64,000 nt of DNA from the NCBI GenBank assembly GCA_035542555.1, contig DATKLF010000112.1:25487-89486 (forward strand), given 5' to 3'. Both the position numbers and the translations under genes were made by a program. Of this stretch, positions 1-8,323 are shown in pieces; the first letter of the stretch is position 1, and every line of letters starts with the position of its first letter. A model generated the notes under the pieces. It saw nothing but the letters and a program-made list of their open reading frames with translations, was not told the origin of the DNA and made no database searches. Origin of the DNA: Solirubrobacteraceae bacterium. Its GTDB lineage: Bacteria; Actinomycetota; Thermoleophilia; Solirubrobacterales; Solirubrobacteraceae.

Positions 1-517
1 GTGCGAGCGGGCGCGCGGCGGCCGTCATCGCGCTGCGCTGGGGAAGTGCCTTCTCGAGCCAGAAGCGCGCGAGGTCCGGCAGCGCGAGCATCCGCAGCGC
101 GGGCCCACGCGCCCCGCAGTCCACGACGATCGCATCGTGGCGCCCCGCGCGGTGGTGGCGCTCGAGCTCGACGAGCCCGAAGAGCTCGTCCATGCCGGGG
201 GCGGCGACGAGCTCGGCCGCCGTGATGCGGTCGATGCCGCGCCGTACGAGCGCGTCGCCGAGCCACCCCTGCACCGCACCGCCGCGCCGCTCGAGCTCGT
301 CCTGCGCGACGACCTGCGCCGCCTCGAGGCGCTCACCCACCGCGCGCGCGCGCGTAACGAGCCGCTCGCCGAGCAGGTCGCCGAGGTCCTGCCCGGGATC
401 CAGCGAGAGCAGCAGCGTCTCGGTCCCGGCGGCGGCGAGGCGTCGCGCGGTCGCCGCAGCGACACAGGTCGCGCCCGCGCCGCCGGTGCCGATGTGCAGG
501 ATCGTGCGCGGCGCCAT
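1..517 (-). CDS. ArsA/Get3-family P-loop ATPase-like protein, N-terminal part (gene runs off the window start)
   Basis: Absent from the ORF track because there is no stop in the window. My minus-strand translation from the ATG (complement of 515-517) reads MAPRTILHIGTGGAGATCVAAATARRLAAAGTETLLLSLDPGQDLGDLLG...GMDELFGLVELERHHRAGRHDAIVVDCGARGPALRMLALPDLARFWLEK. GC3 is high. The layout resembles ArsA (P-loop, then StDPA-like, then vvDtaPTG..LrlLslP) with a degenerate Walker A. Confidence 0.5.
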   Translation of the reverse strand, partial: MAPRTILHIGTGGAGATCVAAATARRLAAAGTETLLLSLDPGQDLGDLLGERLVTRARAVGERLEAAQVVAQDELERRGGAVQGWLGDALVRRGIDRITAAELVAAPGMDELFGLVELERHHRAGRHDAIVVDCGARGPALRMLALPDLARFWLEKALPQRSAMTAAARPLA

Positions 518-543
518 CGCCGGGCGAGTCTAGGGACGGGCCG

Positions 544-1866
544 CTACCCCCATGGGGTGGGAAGGCCCAGTGCGCGCAGGCGCGAGTACAGCTCGCGGTT
601 GAGGCTCTGGGTCTCCAGGCAGTAGGGCGCGGGATCGGGCCAGCGGTCGAAGCTCAGCAGTACCGCGGCCGGTCCGCGGCGCGCCCGCAGCTGCTGGACC
701 GCCGTCTGGCGATCGTGCTCGAGGCGGTCGCACAGGCCGCGCACGAAGTCGCGCAGGACCTTGTGGTAGTCGATGTCCGACGGGACGCCGGGCTGGTAGA
801 GCGACCAGCTGCCCGTGTCGGCCCGGCGGACCTCGCGCGCGGCCTCACGCTCGCCGTCGAGCCACAGACGCCGGCCCTCGGCGTCGTTGGCGAGCCCCGC
901 GAAGTCGTGCAGGCCGATGATCGCCTGGAAGAACGCGTTGAAGATCCGGACGCCGGGGGCGAATGAGTATGCGAGGTAGTGAGCGCCGTCGCCCGCCGCC
1001 ACGCGCACGCCGGATGGCGGCGGCGTGCGGAAGATCCCGAGCGCCGAACGCGCGAGGGCGAACCACTGCGGGTCCTTCAGGCGGACGGCCGCTCGCGCGA
1101 GCGCCTGGATCGCCGTCCCCTGCGCCAGCCCGCTCACCCACGGCGGGCGCCCGCCGTCGAAGCGGAACTGGTACTCCCAGGCGACTCCGCCCGCCCGCTG
1201 CACCGCGTAGCGCTGGATCTCGGCGGCCATCTCGCCGAGCTCGGTGTCATAGCCCTTGGCGAGGAACAGCTGGTTCATGCGGCCGAAGGTCCCGAGCCAC
1301 TGGATCTGGATGCCCTGCCCGGGGTAGGCCTCCCACACGAGGCGGCTGCCCTGGAAGCGGATCCGCCGCCCGTAGGTCAGCAGCGGGCCGCTCGCCCACC
1401 ATTGGGCGTTGCGGCGCACCGTCTCCATCACGACCGGCAGGCGCGAGCTCGTCAGCAGCCCCTCCGCCGCCTGCGCATCCACGTTCGCGAGCACCGCCGC
1501 GAGCTCGCTGCGGCGCGTGCCGTGCAGGCGGTGCGCGAGCCGCCGGGCGCCGGCGTACGTCTGCCCGTACGCGGAGGCCTCGGCGGGCGTGAGCGCCCCG
1601 GCGCGCTGCAGGCGCTGCAGCTCGGAGGCGACCGTGCGCTTGACGGCGCTCGCGTGCGGTCCCCGCCCGGGTGCCGGCAGCGGCGCTCGCGCGGGGGTGG
1701 CCCCGTCCGGCGGCGGCAGCTCCGAGCTGGGCAGGAAGCGGTCGTGGCGCACGAGGACCTGCCCGTGCTGGTCGAGCACGAGGATCTCGGGCGCGGACGC
1801 GCGCGCGACCGGCGGGGCCGCCGCGACGAGCGCCAGCGCGAGGAGGACGACCGGCGTCCGGCGCAC
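544..1866 (-). CDS. Secreted D-glucuronyl C5-epimerase C-terminal-domain-like protein
   Basis: ORF 544..1962. PPWVSGLAQGTAIQALARAA matches the W.S.mAQG.aIs.L.RA signature of the C5-epimerase C-terminal domain. An internal GTG at 1866 gives VRRTPVVLLALALVAAAPPVARA/S, a good signal peptide, and avoids overlap with the divergent lipoprotein gene. The longest ORF would start at 1962. Confidence 0.5.
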   Translation of the reverse strand: MRRTPVVLLALALVAAAPPVARASAPEILVLDQHGQVLVRHDRFLPSSELPPPDGATPARAPLPAPGRGPHASAVKRTVASELQRLQRAGALTPAEASAYGQTYAGARRLAHRLHGTRRSELAAVLANVDAQAAEGLLTSSRLPVVMETVRRNAQWWASGPLLTYGRRIRFQGSRLVWEAYPGQGIQIQWLGTFGRMNQLFLAKGYDTELGEMAAEIQRYAVQRAGGVAWEYQFRFDGGRPPWVSGLAQGTAIQALARAAVRLKDPQWFALARSALGIFRTPPPSGVRVAAGDGAHYLAYSFAPGVRIFNAFFQAIIGLHDFAGLANDAEGRRLWLDGEREAAREVRRADTGSWSLYQPGVPSDIDYHKVLRDFVRGLCDRLEHDRQTAVQQLRARRGPAAVLLSFDRWPDPAPYCLETQSLNRELYSRLRALGLPTPWG

Positions 1867-1934
1867 CCCCCGGATGCTACGGTCGGCGCCCCCGCGGGCG
1901 CGCAGCCTCCGTTGCACCGCCCGCCTCGCCCGCC

Positions 1935-2912
1935 ATGCGCCAGCTCCCGCGTCTCCTGCCACTCGCCCTAATCGCCACCCTGGCGCTCGGCGGCTGCGGC
2001 GGCGCCGGGAGCTCCGGCCAGGACACGAGCGCCCTGCTGGGCGACACCTTCAGCGCGGCGCGCCCGGTGACCAGCGGCGACCTCTCGCTCGCCGTCGACG
2101 TGTCGGCGCCGGGGGCCGGCTTGCCCTCGCCGCTGCACGTGCGCCTCGACGGCCCGTTCGCGCGCTCGACGGCGGCCGGCCCGCGGTTCGCGATGAACCT
2201 GAGGCTCGGCACCGCCGCCGGCACGCTCGCGTTCGGGCTGATCGCCAGCGGCGGCCACGGCTGGGTCGTGATCGGCCAGCACGCCTACACGCTCCCGGGG
2301 AAGACGTTCCGGCAGCTGGCCGGCTCCGCCGGGGCGGCCTCGACCCCGTCCGGGCTCAACCTGCGCTCGCTCGGGGTCGACCCCCGCTCGTGGCTGCGCG
2401 ACGTGCGCGACGAGGGCACCACGACGCTCAACGGCGAGCAGGTCGTGCACCTGACCGCCGGCGTGGACACCGCCCGGCTGGCCGCGGACCTGCAGGGGCT
2501 GCTCGGCCGCGCCTCCGGCATCGCCGGGGCGGCGCTGGGGGCCGGGGGGAGCGCCTCCCAGGCGCAGCTCGCCTCGGCGGTGAAGGGCGCCCACGTCGAC
2601 ATCTGGACCGGCGCGAGCGACCATCGGCTGCGTCGCATCCGGGTGTTCGTGAACGTCAAGGGCTCGCGCGCGCGCACCGGCGTGATCCGGCTCGACCTCG
2701 CGATCGCGCGCCCGAATCAGCCCCAGCCGATCGGGCCGCCCGCCAACCCGCGCCCGATGTCCGACCTCGCCGCTGCGCTCGCGGTGCTCCTGCAGCGCAA
2801 GGCCGCGGGGGCGACCGGCTCGGCCACGGGCGAGACCTACGCGCAGTGCATCGCCCGCTCGGGCGGCGACCTGGCGGCCGCGCAGAAATGCGCGTCGCTG
2901 CTCGGCGGCTGA
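1935..2912 (+). CDS. Hypothetical lipoprotein
   Basis: In-frame ATG at 1935 within ORF 1671..2912. The N-terminus MRQLPRLLPLALIATLALGGCGG has a lipobox-like LGGC. No recognisable catalytic motif. Confidence 0.55.
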   Translation: MRQLPRLLPLALIATLALGGCGGAGSSGQDTSALLGDTFSAARPVTSGDLSLAVDVSAPGAGLPSPLHVRLDGPFARSTAAGPRFAMNLRLGTAAGTLAFGLIASGGHGWVVIGQHAYTLPGKTFRQLAGSAGAASTPSGLNLRSLGVDPRSWLRDVRDEGTTTLNGEQVVHLTAGVDTARLAADLQGLLGRASGIAGAALGAGGSASQAQLASAVKGAHVDIWTGASDHRLRRIRVFVNVKGSRARTGVIRLDLAIARPNQPQPIGPPANPRPMSDLAAALAVLLQRKAAGATGSATGETYAQCIARSGGDLAAAQKCASLLGG

Positions 2913-2917
2913 GGGCG

Positions 2918-3418
2918 CTAGGCGCGGTCGGCGTCGGCGATCGCGCGCGGCACGTTCGGCAGGTCGCAGACCTCGCACTCGCCGTTGACCAGGCGATACA
3001 TCCAGCAGCCGGTGCAGAAGCCCGTCACGGCGGCCAGCGAGGCGAGTGCGGCGACGATGCCGACGAGCACCCAGGCGACGAGGTTCGCGCCGAGCAGGAA
3101 GAGCGCCGTCGCGCCGCACAGGAAGCACGCGCCGACGACGTTCGCAAAGCGCGGCGGGCGGCTGTCCTCGAGCGGGCCCTCCCCGATGCGGGGCTGGATG
3201 ACCTCGAAGTAGAGGAGGCACGGCAGGCACCAGCGCCGCCCGAGCGTCAGCCCGATGACGAGCTGCACGCCCATGAGCGCGGCCAGCCACCACCAGCCGG
3301 TGAGCAGCGCGACGATCGTCACGAGCGCGACGATCGTCTGGTTCGTGCGCGGGGCGCGCGCGTCGATGACGCTCGTGTCGCGGTAGGGGTCGGCGAGGCG
3401 GTGCGTCGTGGCGGCCAT
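2918..3418 (-). CDS. DUF4395-like membrane protein
   Basis: ORF 2918..3481, with the likely start at MAATTHRL (3418). Has DPYRDTSVIDARAPRTNQTIVALV followed by four hydrophobic segments and a Cys-rich C-terminus (CTGCWMYRLVNGECEVC). Confidence 0.45.
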   Translation of the reverse strand: MAATTHRLADPYRDTSVIDARAPRTNQTIVALVTIVALLTGWWWLAALMGVQLVIGLTLGRRWCLPCLLYFEVIQPRIGEGPLEDSRPPRFANVVGACFLCGATALFLLGANLVAWVLVGIVAALASLAAVTGFCTGCWMYRLVNGECEVCDLPNVPRAIADADRA

Positions 3419-3498
3419 CGGCGCGAGAGTGTAGTCGGCGCGGCCCGCCGCTCCCGACGTTCGGGGACGACGCCACCGCACCGTATGCTCAGGCCCTC

Positions 3499-4632
3499 GT
3501 GCTCGATGAGCCGCCCCAGAAGGATCGGCAGTCCCTGCTGACGGTCTCCTCCTGGCCGTACCTGCTCGTCCCGTTCATCCCGATCGCGATCGTCCTCGAC
3601 CTGGTCGGCGCGAGTCCGGTCGCCGTGTTCGTGACCTCCGCGCTCGGCGTCATCCCGACCGCCGCGCTCATGGGGGAGGCGACCGAGCAGCTCGCCGCGC
3701 GCAGCGGCCCGGGCATCGGCGGGCTGCTGAACGTGACGTTCGGCAACGCGCCGGAGCTCATCATCGCCCTCTTCGCCCTGCAGAAGGGGCTGCACGAGGT
3801 CGTCAAGGCCTCGCTCGTCGGCTCGATCGTGAGCAACGTCCTGCTGGTGATGGGCGCGTCGATGTTCTTCGGCGGCCTGGGGCGCGATCGCCAGCGCTTC
3901 AACCCGGTCGCGGCGGGCGCGCAGTGCTCGATGCTCATGCTCGCGATCGCGGCCGTCGTGATGCCGGCGGTGTTCGAGCTCGTGCGCGGGTCCGGGCTGC
4001 CGGGGCCGAGCGCCGAGCGGATCCAGTACGACGCGAGTGTCGAGCACCTGTCGCTCGTGACGGCGCTCGTGCTGATCGGCGTGTACGCGGGCGGCCTGGT
4101 CTTCTCGCTGCGCACCCACCGCGACCTGTTCAACCCGCCCGGGCACGGCGCGACGGACGCGGAGGAGCAGCCGTGGAGCGCGCGGCGAGCGATCGCGGCG
4201 CTCGCCGTCGCCGGCGTGGCGGTGGCCGTGATGTCGGAGATCCTCGTCGGGTCGATCTCCGACACCGCGCGCCAGGCGGGGATCAGTGAGTTCTTCATCG
4301 GCGCCGTGGTTGTGGCGATCGTCGGCAACGCGGCCGAGCACTGGGTGGCGGTGCTCGTCGCGCGCAAGGACAAGATGGACCTCGCGGTGAACATCGCGAT
4401 CGGCTCGAGCGCCCAGATCGCGCTCTTCGTCGCGCCGGTGCTCGTGCTCGCCTCCTACCTCATCGGCCCCTATCCGCTCCCGCTCGTCTTCAACGGCTTC
4501 GAGGTCGCCGCCCTCATCCTCGCCGCCCTGATCGCCAACCAGGTGACCCAGGACGGCGAGTCGACGTGGTTCGAGGGGCTCCAGCTGCTCGCGGTCTACG
4601 CGATCATCGCGGTCGCGTTCTTCGTGGCGTAG
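3499..4632 (+). CDS. cax: Ca2+/H+ antiporter (CaCA/CAX family)
   Basis: Duplicated alpha-repeat signatures GNAPELIIALFAL and GNAAEHWVAVLVA. Polytopic membrane protein with a GTG start. Confidence 0.8.
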   Translation: MLDEPPQKDRQSLLTVSSWPYLLVPFIPIAIVLDLVGASPVAVFVTSALGVIPTAALMGEATEQLAARSGPGIGGLLNVTFGNAPELIIALFALQKGLHEVVKASLVGSIVSNVLLVMGASMFFGGLGRDRQRFNPVAAGAQCSMLMLAIAAVVMPAVFELVRGSGLPGPSAERIQYDASVEHLSLVTALVLIGVYAGGLVFSLRTHRDLFNPPGHGATDAEEQPWSARRAIAALAVAGVAVAVMSEILVGSISDTARQAGISEFFIGAVVVAIVGNAAEHWVAVLVARKDKMDLAVNIAIGSSAQIALFVAPVLVLASYLIGPYPLPLVFNGFEVAALILAALIANQVTQDGESTWFEGLQLLAVYAIIAVAFFVA

Positions 4633-4747
4633 GGCGCGGGCGTTGCGCTGCGCCGCGTGCGGGGCGCGGGCGCGGCGTCGGGGCGGGCGATGTGACCCAG
4701 GCGGTCGGCGCGGGCGCGGCCCCGGGGGGCGGCGGTGCGCCGGGCCC

Positions 4748-5184
4748 GATCGTGTGCATCAGCGTCGGCGCGACCGATGCGATGGCAAGAGATCGCGGCG
4801 GCGCGGTCAGGGCAGGGGCCGGCGGCACGTGTGCGTCGGCGCCGGCGGCGCCGGCGGTGCGACGGGGGACCCCGGGGTCCGCGGTAGCGCCGGGGACCCG
4901 CAGGCCCGCGGCGTGCCGTGCGGATCGTGTGCGCCGGCGTCGGCGTGACCGGTGCGATCGCAACGGATCGGGCCGGGCGCGGGCCCGCGAGGCCACTGGG
5001 CGCGGGAGGGGCGTCGGGTGCCCGTGGCGCCGGGCGCGCATCGGGGGACCCGCAGGCCTGCGGCCCGCCGTGCATCGTGTGCGTTGGCGTCGGCGTGACC
5101 GATGTGATCGCAACGGATCGGGCCGGGCGCGGGCCGGCGCAGGCCACTGGGCGCGGGAGGGGCGTCGGGTGCCCGTGGCGCCGG
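4748..5184 (+). repeat. Tandem array of a roughly 150-bp structured repeat (GATCGTGTGC family): two near-identical units plus one degenerate unit
   Basis: Units 4892..5033 and 5044..5184 are near-identical with a period of 152 bp. A degenerate copy starts at 4748. Each unit carries (G/C)ATCGTGTGC followed by the hairpin GCGTCGG-N5-CCGRTGY. Confidence 0.85.
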
Positions 5185-5201
5185 CCCGCCGCATGGAGGT
5201 C

Positions 5202-5238
5202 GCGTCGACCCGCGAGGACGGCGTCGACCCGCGAGGAC
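5202..5238 (+). repeat. Short tandem duplication GCGTCGACCCGCGAGGAC x2
   Basis: Identical 18-mers at 5202..5219 and 5221..5238. Confidence 0.8.
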
Positions 5239-5253
5239 CGCCAACCCCAGCCC

Positions 5254-5691
5254 CTACCCGCCCAGCTCGGCCACCTGCCGCGCCACCTCCGCCTCGACGT
5301 CGAGCGGCGCGTGCCCCTTGCGCACACGCCGCGCGTTGCGGGCGATCACGAGGTCGCGGATCTCAGCCTCGAGCGCCGGATCGACCGCGGGCCGCAGCAG
5401 CGCGGCGAGTTCGGTCTCGACGTCGAGCGCCGGCTTGCCGTTGCGCATCCGCGCCAGGTTGCGCGCTTCCAGCAGCTGGCGCAGCTCGGCGGTGCGCTCG
5501 GCGGACGAGAGCGCGGCGCCCGACTGCGGCTCCCCCGGGGGGCGATCCGAGCCGTCGCGCAGCGACAGGCCGCCGCGGCCGATCTGGGAGTAGGCGCGGC
5601 CGGCGCCGGCGAAGGTGACGATCGCCACGACCGCGGCGCCCGCGACCACGACGAACAGCACGATCCCGAAGGCTGCCTGCATCCCCGTCAA
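5254..5691 (-). CDS. Small N-terminally membrane-anchored protein with an internal tandem repeat (hypothetical)
   Basis: One TM segment (AAFGIVLFVVVAGAAVVAIVTFAG). Two repeats: ELRQLLEARNLARMRNGKPALDVETELAALL and EIRDLVIARNARRVRKGHAPLDVEAEVARQV. Confidence 0.5.
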   Translation of the reverse strand: MTGMQAAFGIVLFVVVAGAAVVAIVTFAGAGRAYSQIGRGGLSLRDGSDRPPGEPQSGAALSSAERTAELRQLLEARNLARMRNGKPALDVETELAALLRPAVDPALEAEIRDLVIARNARRVRKGHAPLDVEAEVARQVAELGG

Positions 5692-5729
5692 CCATCGCAG
5701 ATGTACTGAACCGCCGATTTCGGGCTATT

Positions 5730-5747
5730 ATTGACTGACGAGTCAAT
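5730..5747. promoter_or_regulatory. Perfect palindrome ATTGACT-GACG-AGTCAAT next to a TATTAT -10-like box (5726..5731), upstream of the acyl-CoA dehydrogenase gene
   Basis: Read directly from the sequence. It lies in the divergent intergenic region between 5691 and 5819. The shape is that of a TetR/FadR-type operator. Confidence 0.4.
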
Positions 5748-5818
5748 CTACGGCGCCGAGCCACTCGTTCCGAACCCGCTCCCGCCGCGTTCTTCCCTCT
5801 GTTCCAAGGAGAATTCCA

Positions 5819-6985
5819 GTGGTCGACTTCACGCTCACCGACGAGCAGAAGGCGCTGCGCGAGATGGCGCACGACTTCGCCGAGAAGGAAATCCGCCCGG
5901 TCGCCTGGGAGTACGACGAGCACGGCACGTGGCCCGGCGAGATCCTCGAGAAGGCCTGGGAGCTGGGCCTCATGAACAACCACATCCCCGAGGAGTACGG
6001 TGGCCCGGGCGCCTCGTACCTCGAGGGTGCGCTGATCGAGGAGGAGCTCGCCTGGGGCTGCTCGGGCATCGCCACGTCGATCGGCGCCAACGGCCTCGCC
6101 GGCGCCCCGATCCTGGTCGGCGGCTCCGAGGAGACGAAGAAGAAGTACATGGGCATGCTGACCGAGTCGCCCAAGCTCGCCTCGTTCTGCCTCACCGAGC
6201 CGAACGCCGGCTCCGACGTCTCCGGAATGCGCACGACCGCGGTCCGCAAGGGCGACAAGTACGTCCTCAACGGCTCGAAGTGCTTCATCACCAACGGCGG
6301 CTACGCCGACTTCTTCACCGTCTACGCGAAGACCGACAAGGACGCGGGCCACCGCGGCATCTCGGCGTTCATCGTCGACCGCGACGACACCGTCACGGTG
6401 GACAAGAAGGAGGACAAGATGGGCCAGCGGGCGTCGAACACCGCGACCATCACCTTCAACGACACCGAGGTCCCCGCCGAGAACCTGCTGGCCGAGGAGA
6501 ACAAGGGCTTCAAGCTCGCGATGATGACCCTCGACCGCACGCGCCCGGGCGTCGCCGCGATGGCGACCGGCATCGCGCGCGCGGCCTTCGAGATGGCCAC
6601 CGAGTACTCCAAGGAGCGCGTCCAGTTCGGCGTGCCGATCGCGATGCACCAGGCGATCCAGTTCATGATCGCTGACATGGCGACGAAGATCCATCTCTCG
6701 CGGCTGGCCACCTGGAACTCCGCCGTCCTGCTCGACCAGGGCCTGCGCAACACGATCGAGTCCTCGCACGCCAAGCGCTTCGCCGGCGACACCGCGATGG
6801 AGGTGACCACCGACGCCGTCCAGGTCTTCGGAGGCTACGGCTTCATCAAGGAGTACAAGGTTGAGAAGTTCATGCGCGACGCGAAGATCATGCAGCTCTA
6901 CGAGGGCACGGCCCAGATCCAGCGCCTCGTGATCGCGCGCGAGACGCTGCTCCCGCGCCGCATCGAGGAGCCCGCGACGGTCTAG
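5819..6985 (+). CDS. Acyl-CoA dehydrogenase (short/medium-chain type)
   Basis: TEPNAGSDVSGMRT and YEGTAQIQRLVIAR motifs. GTG start preceded by AAGGAG. Confidence 0.85.
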   Translation: MVDFTLTDEQKALREMAHDFAEKEIRPVAWEYDEHGTWPGEILEKAWELGLMNNHIPEEYGGPGASYLEGALIEEELAWGCSGIATSIGANGLAGAPILVGGSEETKKKYMGMLTESPKLASFCLTEPNAGSDVSGMRTTAVRKGDKYVLNGSKCFITNGGYADFFTVYAKTDKDAGHRGISAFIVDRDDTVTVDKKEDKMGQRASNTATITFNDTEVPAENLLAEENKGFKLAMMTLDRTRPGVAAMATGIARAAFEMATEYSKERVQFGVPIAMHQAIQFMIADMATKIHLSRLATWNSAVLLDQGLRNTIESSHAKRFAGDTAMEVTTDAVQVFGGYGFIKEYKVEKFMRDAKIMQLYEGTAQIQRLVIARETLLPRRIEEPATV

Positions 6986-7010
6986 ACGCCGCGCCCACCA
7001 CGCCGTTCCC

Positions 7011-7036
7011 GGAGGGCCGCTCGCGAGCGGCCCTCC
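7011..7036 (+). terminator. Perfect 26-nt palindrome GGAGGGCCGCTCGCGAGCGGCCCTCC after the acyl-CoA dehydrogenase gene
   Basis: Verified by eye to be self-complementary. It lies 26 nt after the stop codon. Confidence 0.55.
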
Positions 7037-7075
7037 GTCGTCCCGGCCCGTCATCCGCACGCCGCACGGTGCGCG

Positions 7076-7339
7076 ATGATCCTGCCCGTGCGCCTCGACG
7101 GCATCGATCCCGGCGACATCGTCCGCGTCTCGGTGCGCGGCCGCGTCTTCCACGCGCTCGTCAAGGGCACCGCGCCCGGCGGCCTTGCCGTCGAGCCGAT
7201 CGAGCGCAACATCACCTATCGCCAGGTGAGGGCCCGCGACGTGCTCGAGCACTGGGCGCGACGTGGACGGCCGCGCGCCGACGTGCAAGGAGCGGTGAAT
7301 CCCGAGCAGCGCTCGCTCGACGACCTGCTCGACCGCTGA
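7076..7339 (+). CDS. Small hypothetical protein (87 aa)
   Basis: ORF with high third-position GC. No recognisable motif. Confidence 0.35.
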   Translation: MILPVRLDGIDPGDIVRVSVRGRVFHALVKGTAPGGLAVEPIERNITYRQVRARDVLEHWARRGRPRADVQGAVNPEQRSLDDLLDR

Positions 7340-7383
7340 GGCACCGGGCGCGCGTCCCCCGTGCCCGAAGGCATACTGGAACC

Positions 7384-7854
7384 GTGCCCCACCGCGAGAC
7401 TGAGCAGGCCGTCGCCGAGGCCGCGCCCCTGGACGCGGCGCGTGCCGCCGCGGGCGCGGCCGTCATGCCGTCCGCCGGCGTCGCGGGTGGTGCGGGCTCG
7501 GCCGACCCCGTCGCCGGCGAGCTGCGGCGTGCGGGCCTCCTGCCGCTGCTCGTCCTGCACCTGCTCGCCACCGAGCCGTCCTACGGCAACCAGCTCATCG
7601 AGCGGATCGCCGAGTTGACCGGCGGGCTGCTGGTCGTCAACCCCAACACGATGTACCCGCTGCTGCGCTCGCTCGAGCGCGACGGCCTGGCGGAGGGGTC
7701 GTGGGAGCACCCCGAGCGCCGCTCCCGGCGCTTTTACGCGATCACGACCGCGGGCCGGGCCGAGCGCGAGCGCCTGCGCGGCGAGATCGCCCCGCGGCTC
7801 GATGCGATCGCGGCGTCGATCGACCGCCTGCGCGCCGAGGTCCTGGCGCGTTGA
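7384..7854 (+). CDS. PadR-family transcriptional regulator
   Basis: LLPLLVLHLLATEPSYGNQLIERIAELTGGLLVVNPNTMYPLLRSLERDGL. A GTG at 7384 sits 7 nt after CATACT, a leaderless-like geometry. The alternative start is the ATG at 7465. Confidence 0.7.
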   Translation: MPHRETEQAVAEAAPLDAARAAAGAAVMPSAGVAGGAGSADPVAGELRRAGLLPLLVLHLLATEPSYGNQLIERIAELTGGLLVVNPNTMYPLLRSLERDGLAEGSWEHPERRSRRFYAITTAGRAERERLRGEIAPRLDAIAASIDRLRAEVLAR

Positions 7855-8312
7855 GCGTCGCCCGCGCGAGCCTCGATCTCCCCGAGGTGCGGATCTCCGA
7901 GGTCGAGCGGCTCTGGTACGACCACACCCGCTGGCAGGGCTTCGTCGACGGGCTGCACCACATCGAGCGCGTCGCGGGCGATCCGCCCGAGGCCGGCTCG
8001 AGCATCGTGTGGGTCTCGAACCCCGGCGGGCGCGGGCGCGTGGTGGAGCGCGTGCGGTCCTACGAGCCGCGCGTCGGCCAGACGCTCGAAGTCGGGGACG
8101 TCCAGATCACCGGGACGCAGCGCGTGTCGTTCACGGCGCTGGAGGGCGGGGTGCGGATCGCGCTGGAGCTGGACTACGCGCTGCGCAACCCGAGCCTCAC
8201 GAAGGCGCTGTCGGACCGGTTCTTCATTCGCCGCGCGCAGGCCGAGTCGCTGCGCCGCACCCTGCTGCGCTTCGGGCGCGAGCTCGAGGCCGAGCGCCAT
8301 CCGCCGCTGTAG
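7851..8312 (+). CDS. SRPBCC (polyketide cyclase/START-like) family protein
   Basis: A TTG start overlaps the PadR stop (TTGA). Size and pattern (WYDHTRWQGFVDG...) suggest SRPBCC. This is a weak call. Confidence 0.4.
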   Translation: MSVARASLDLPEVRISEVERLWYDHTRWQGFVDGLHHIERVAGDPPEAGSSIVWVSNPGGRGRVVERVRSYEPRVGQTLEVGDVQITGTQRVSFTALEGGVRIALELDYALRNPSLTKALSDRFFIRRAQAESLRRTLLRFGRELEAERHPPL

Positions 8313-8323
8313 GGCGCCCCGCC

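Noticed and set aside
4748-5238. Possible CRISPR array, given the regularly spaced repeats
   Set aside because: The units are about 141-150 bp long and directly abutting, with only 10 bp between the two good copies. There are only 2-3 copies, no unique spacers of CRISPR size, and no cas genes in the window.
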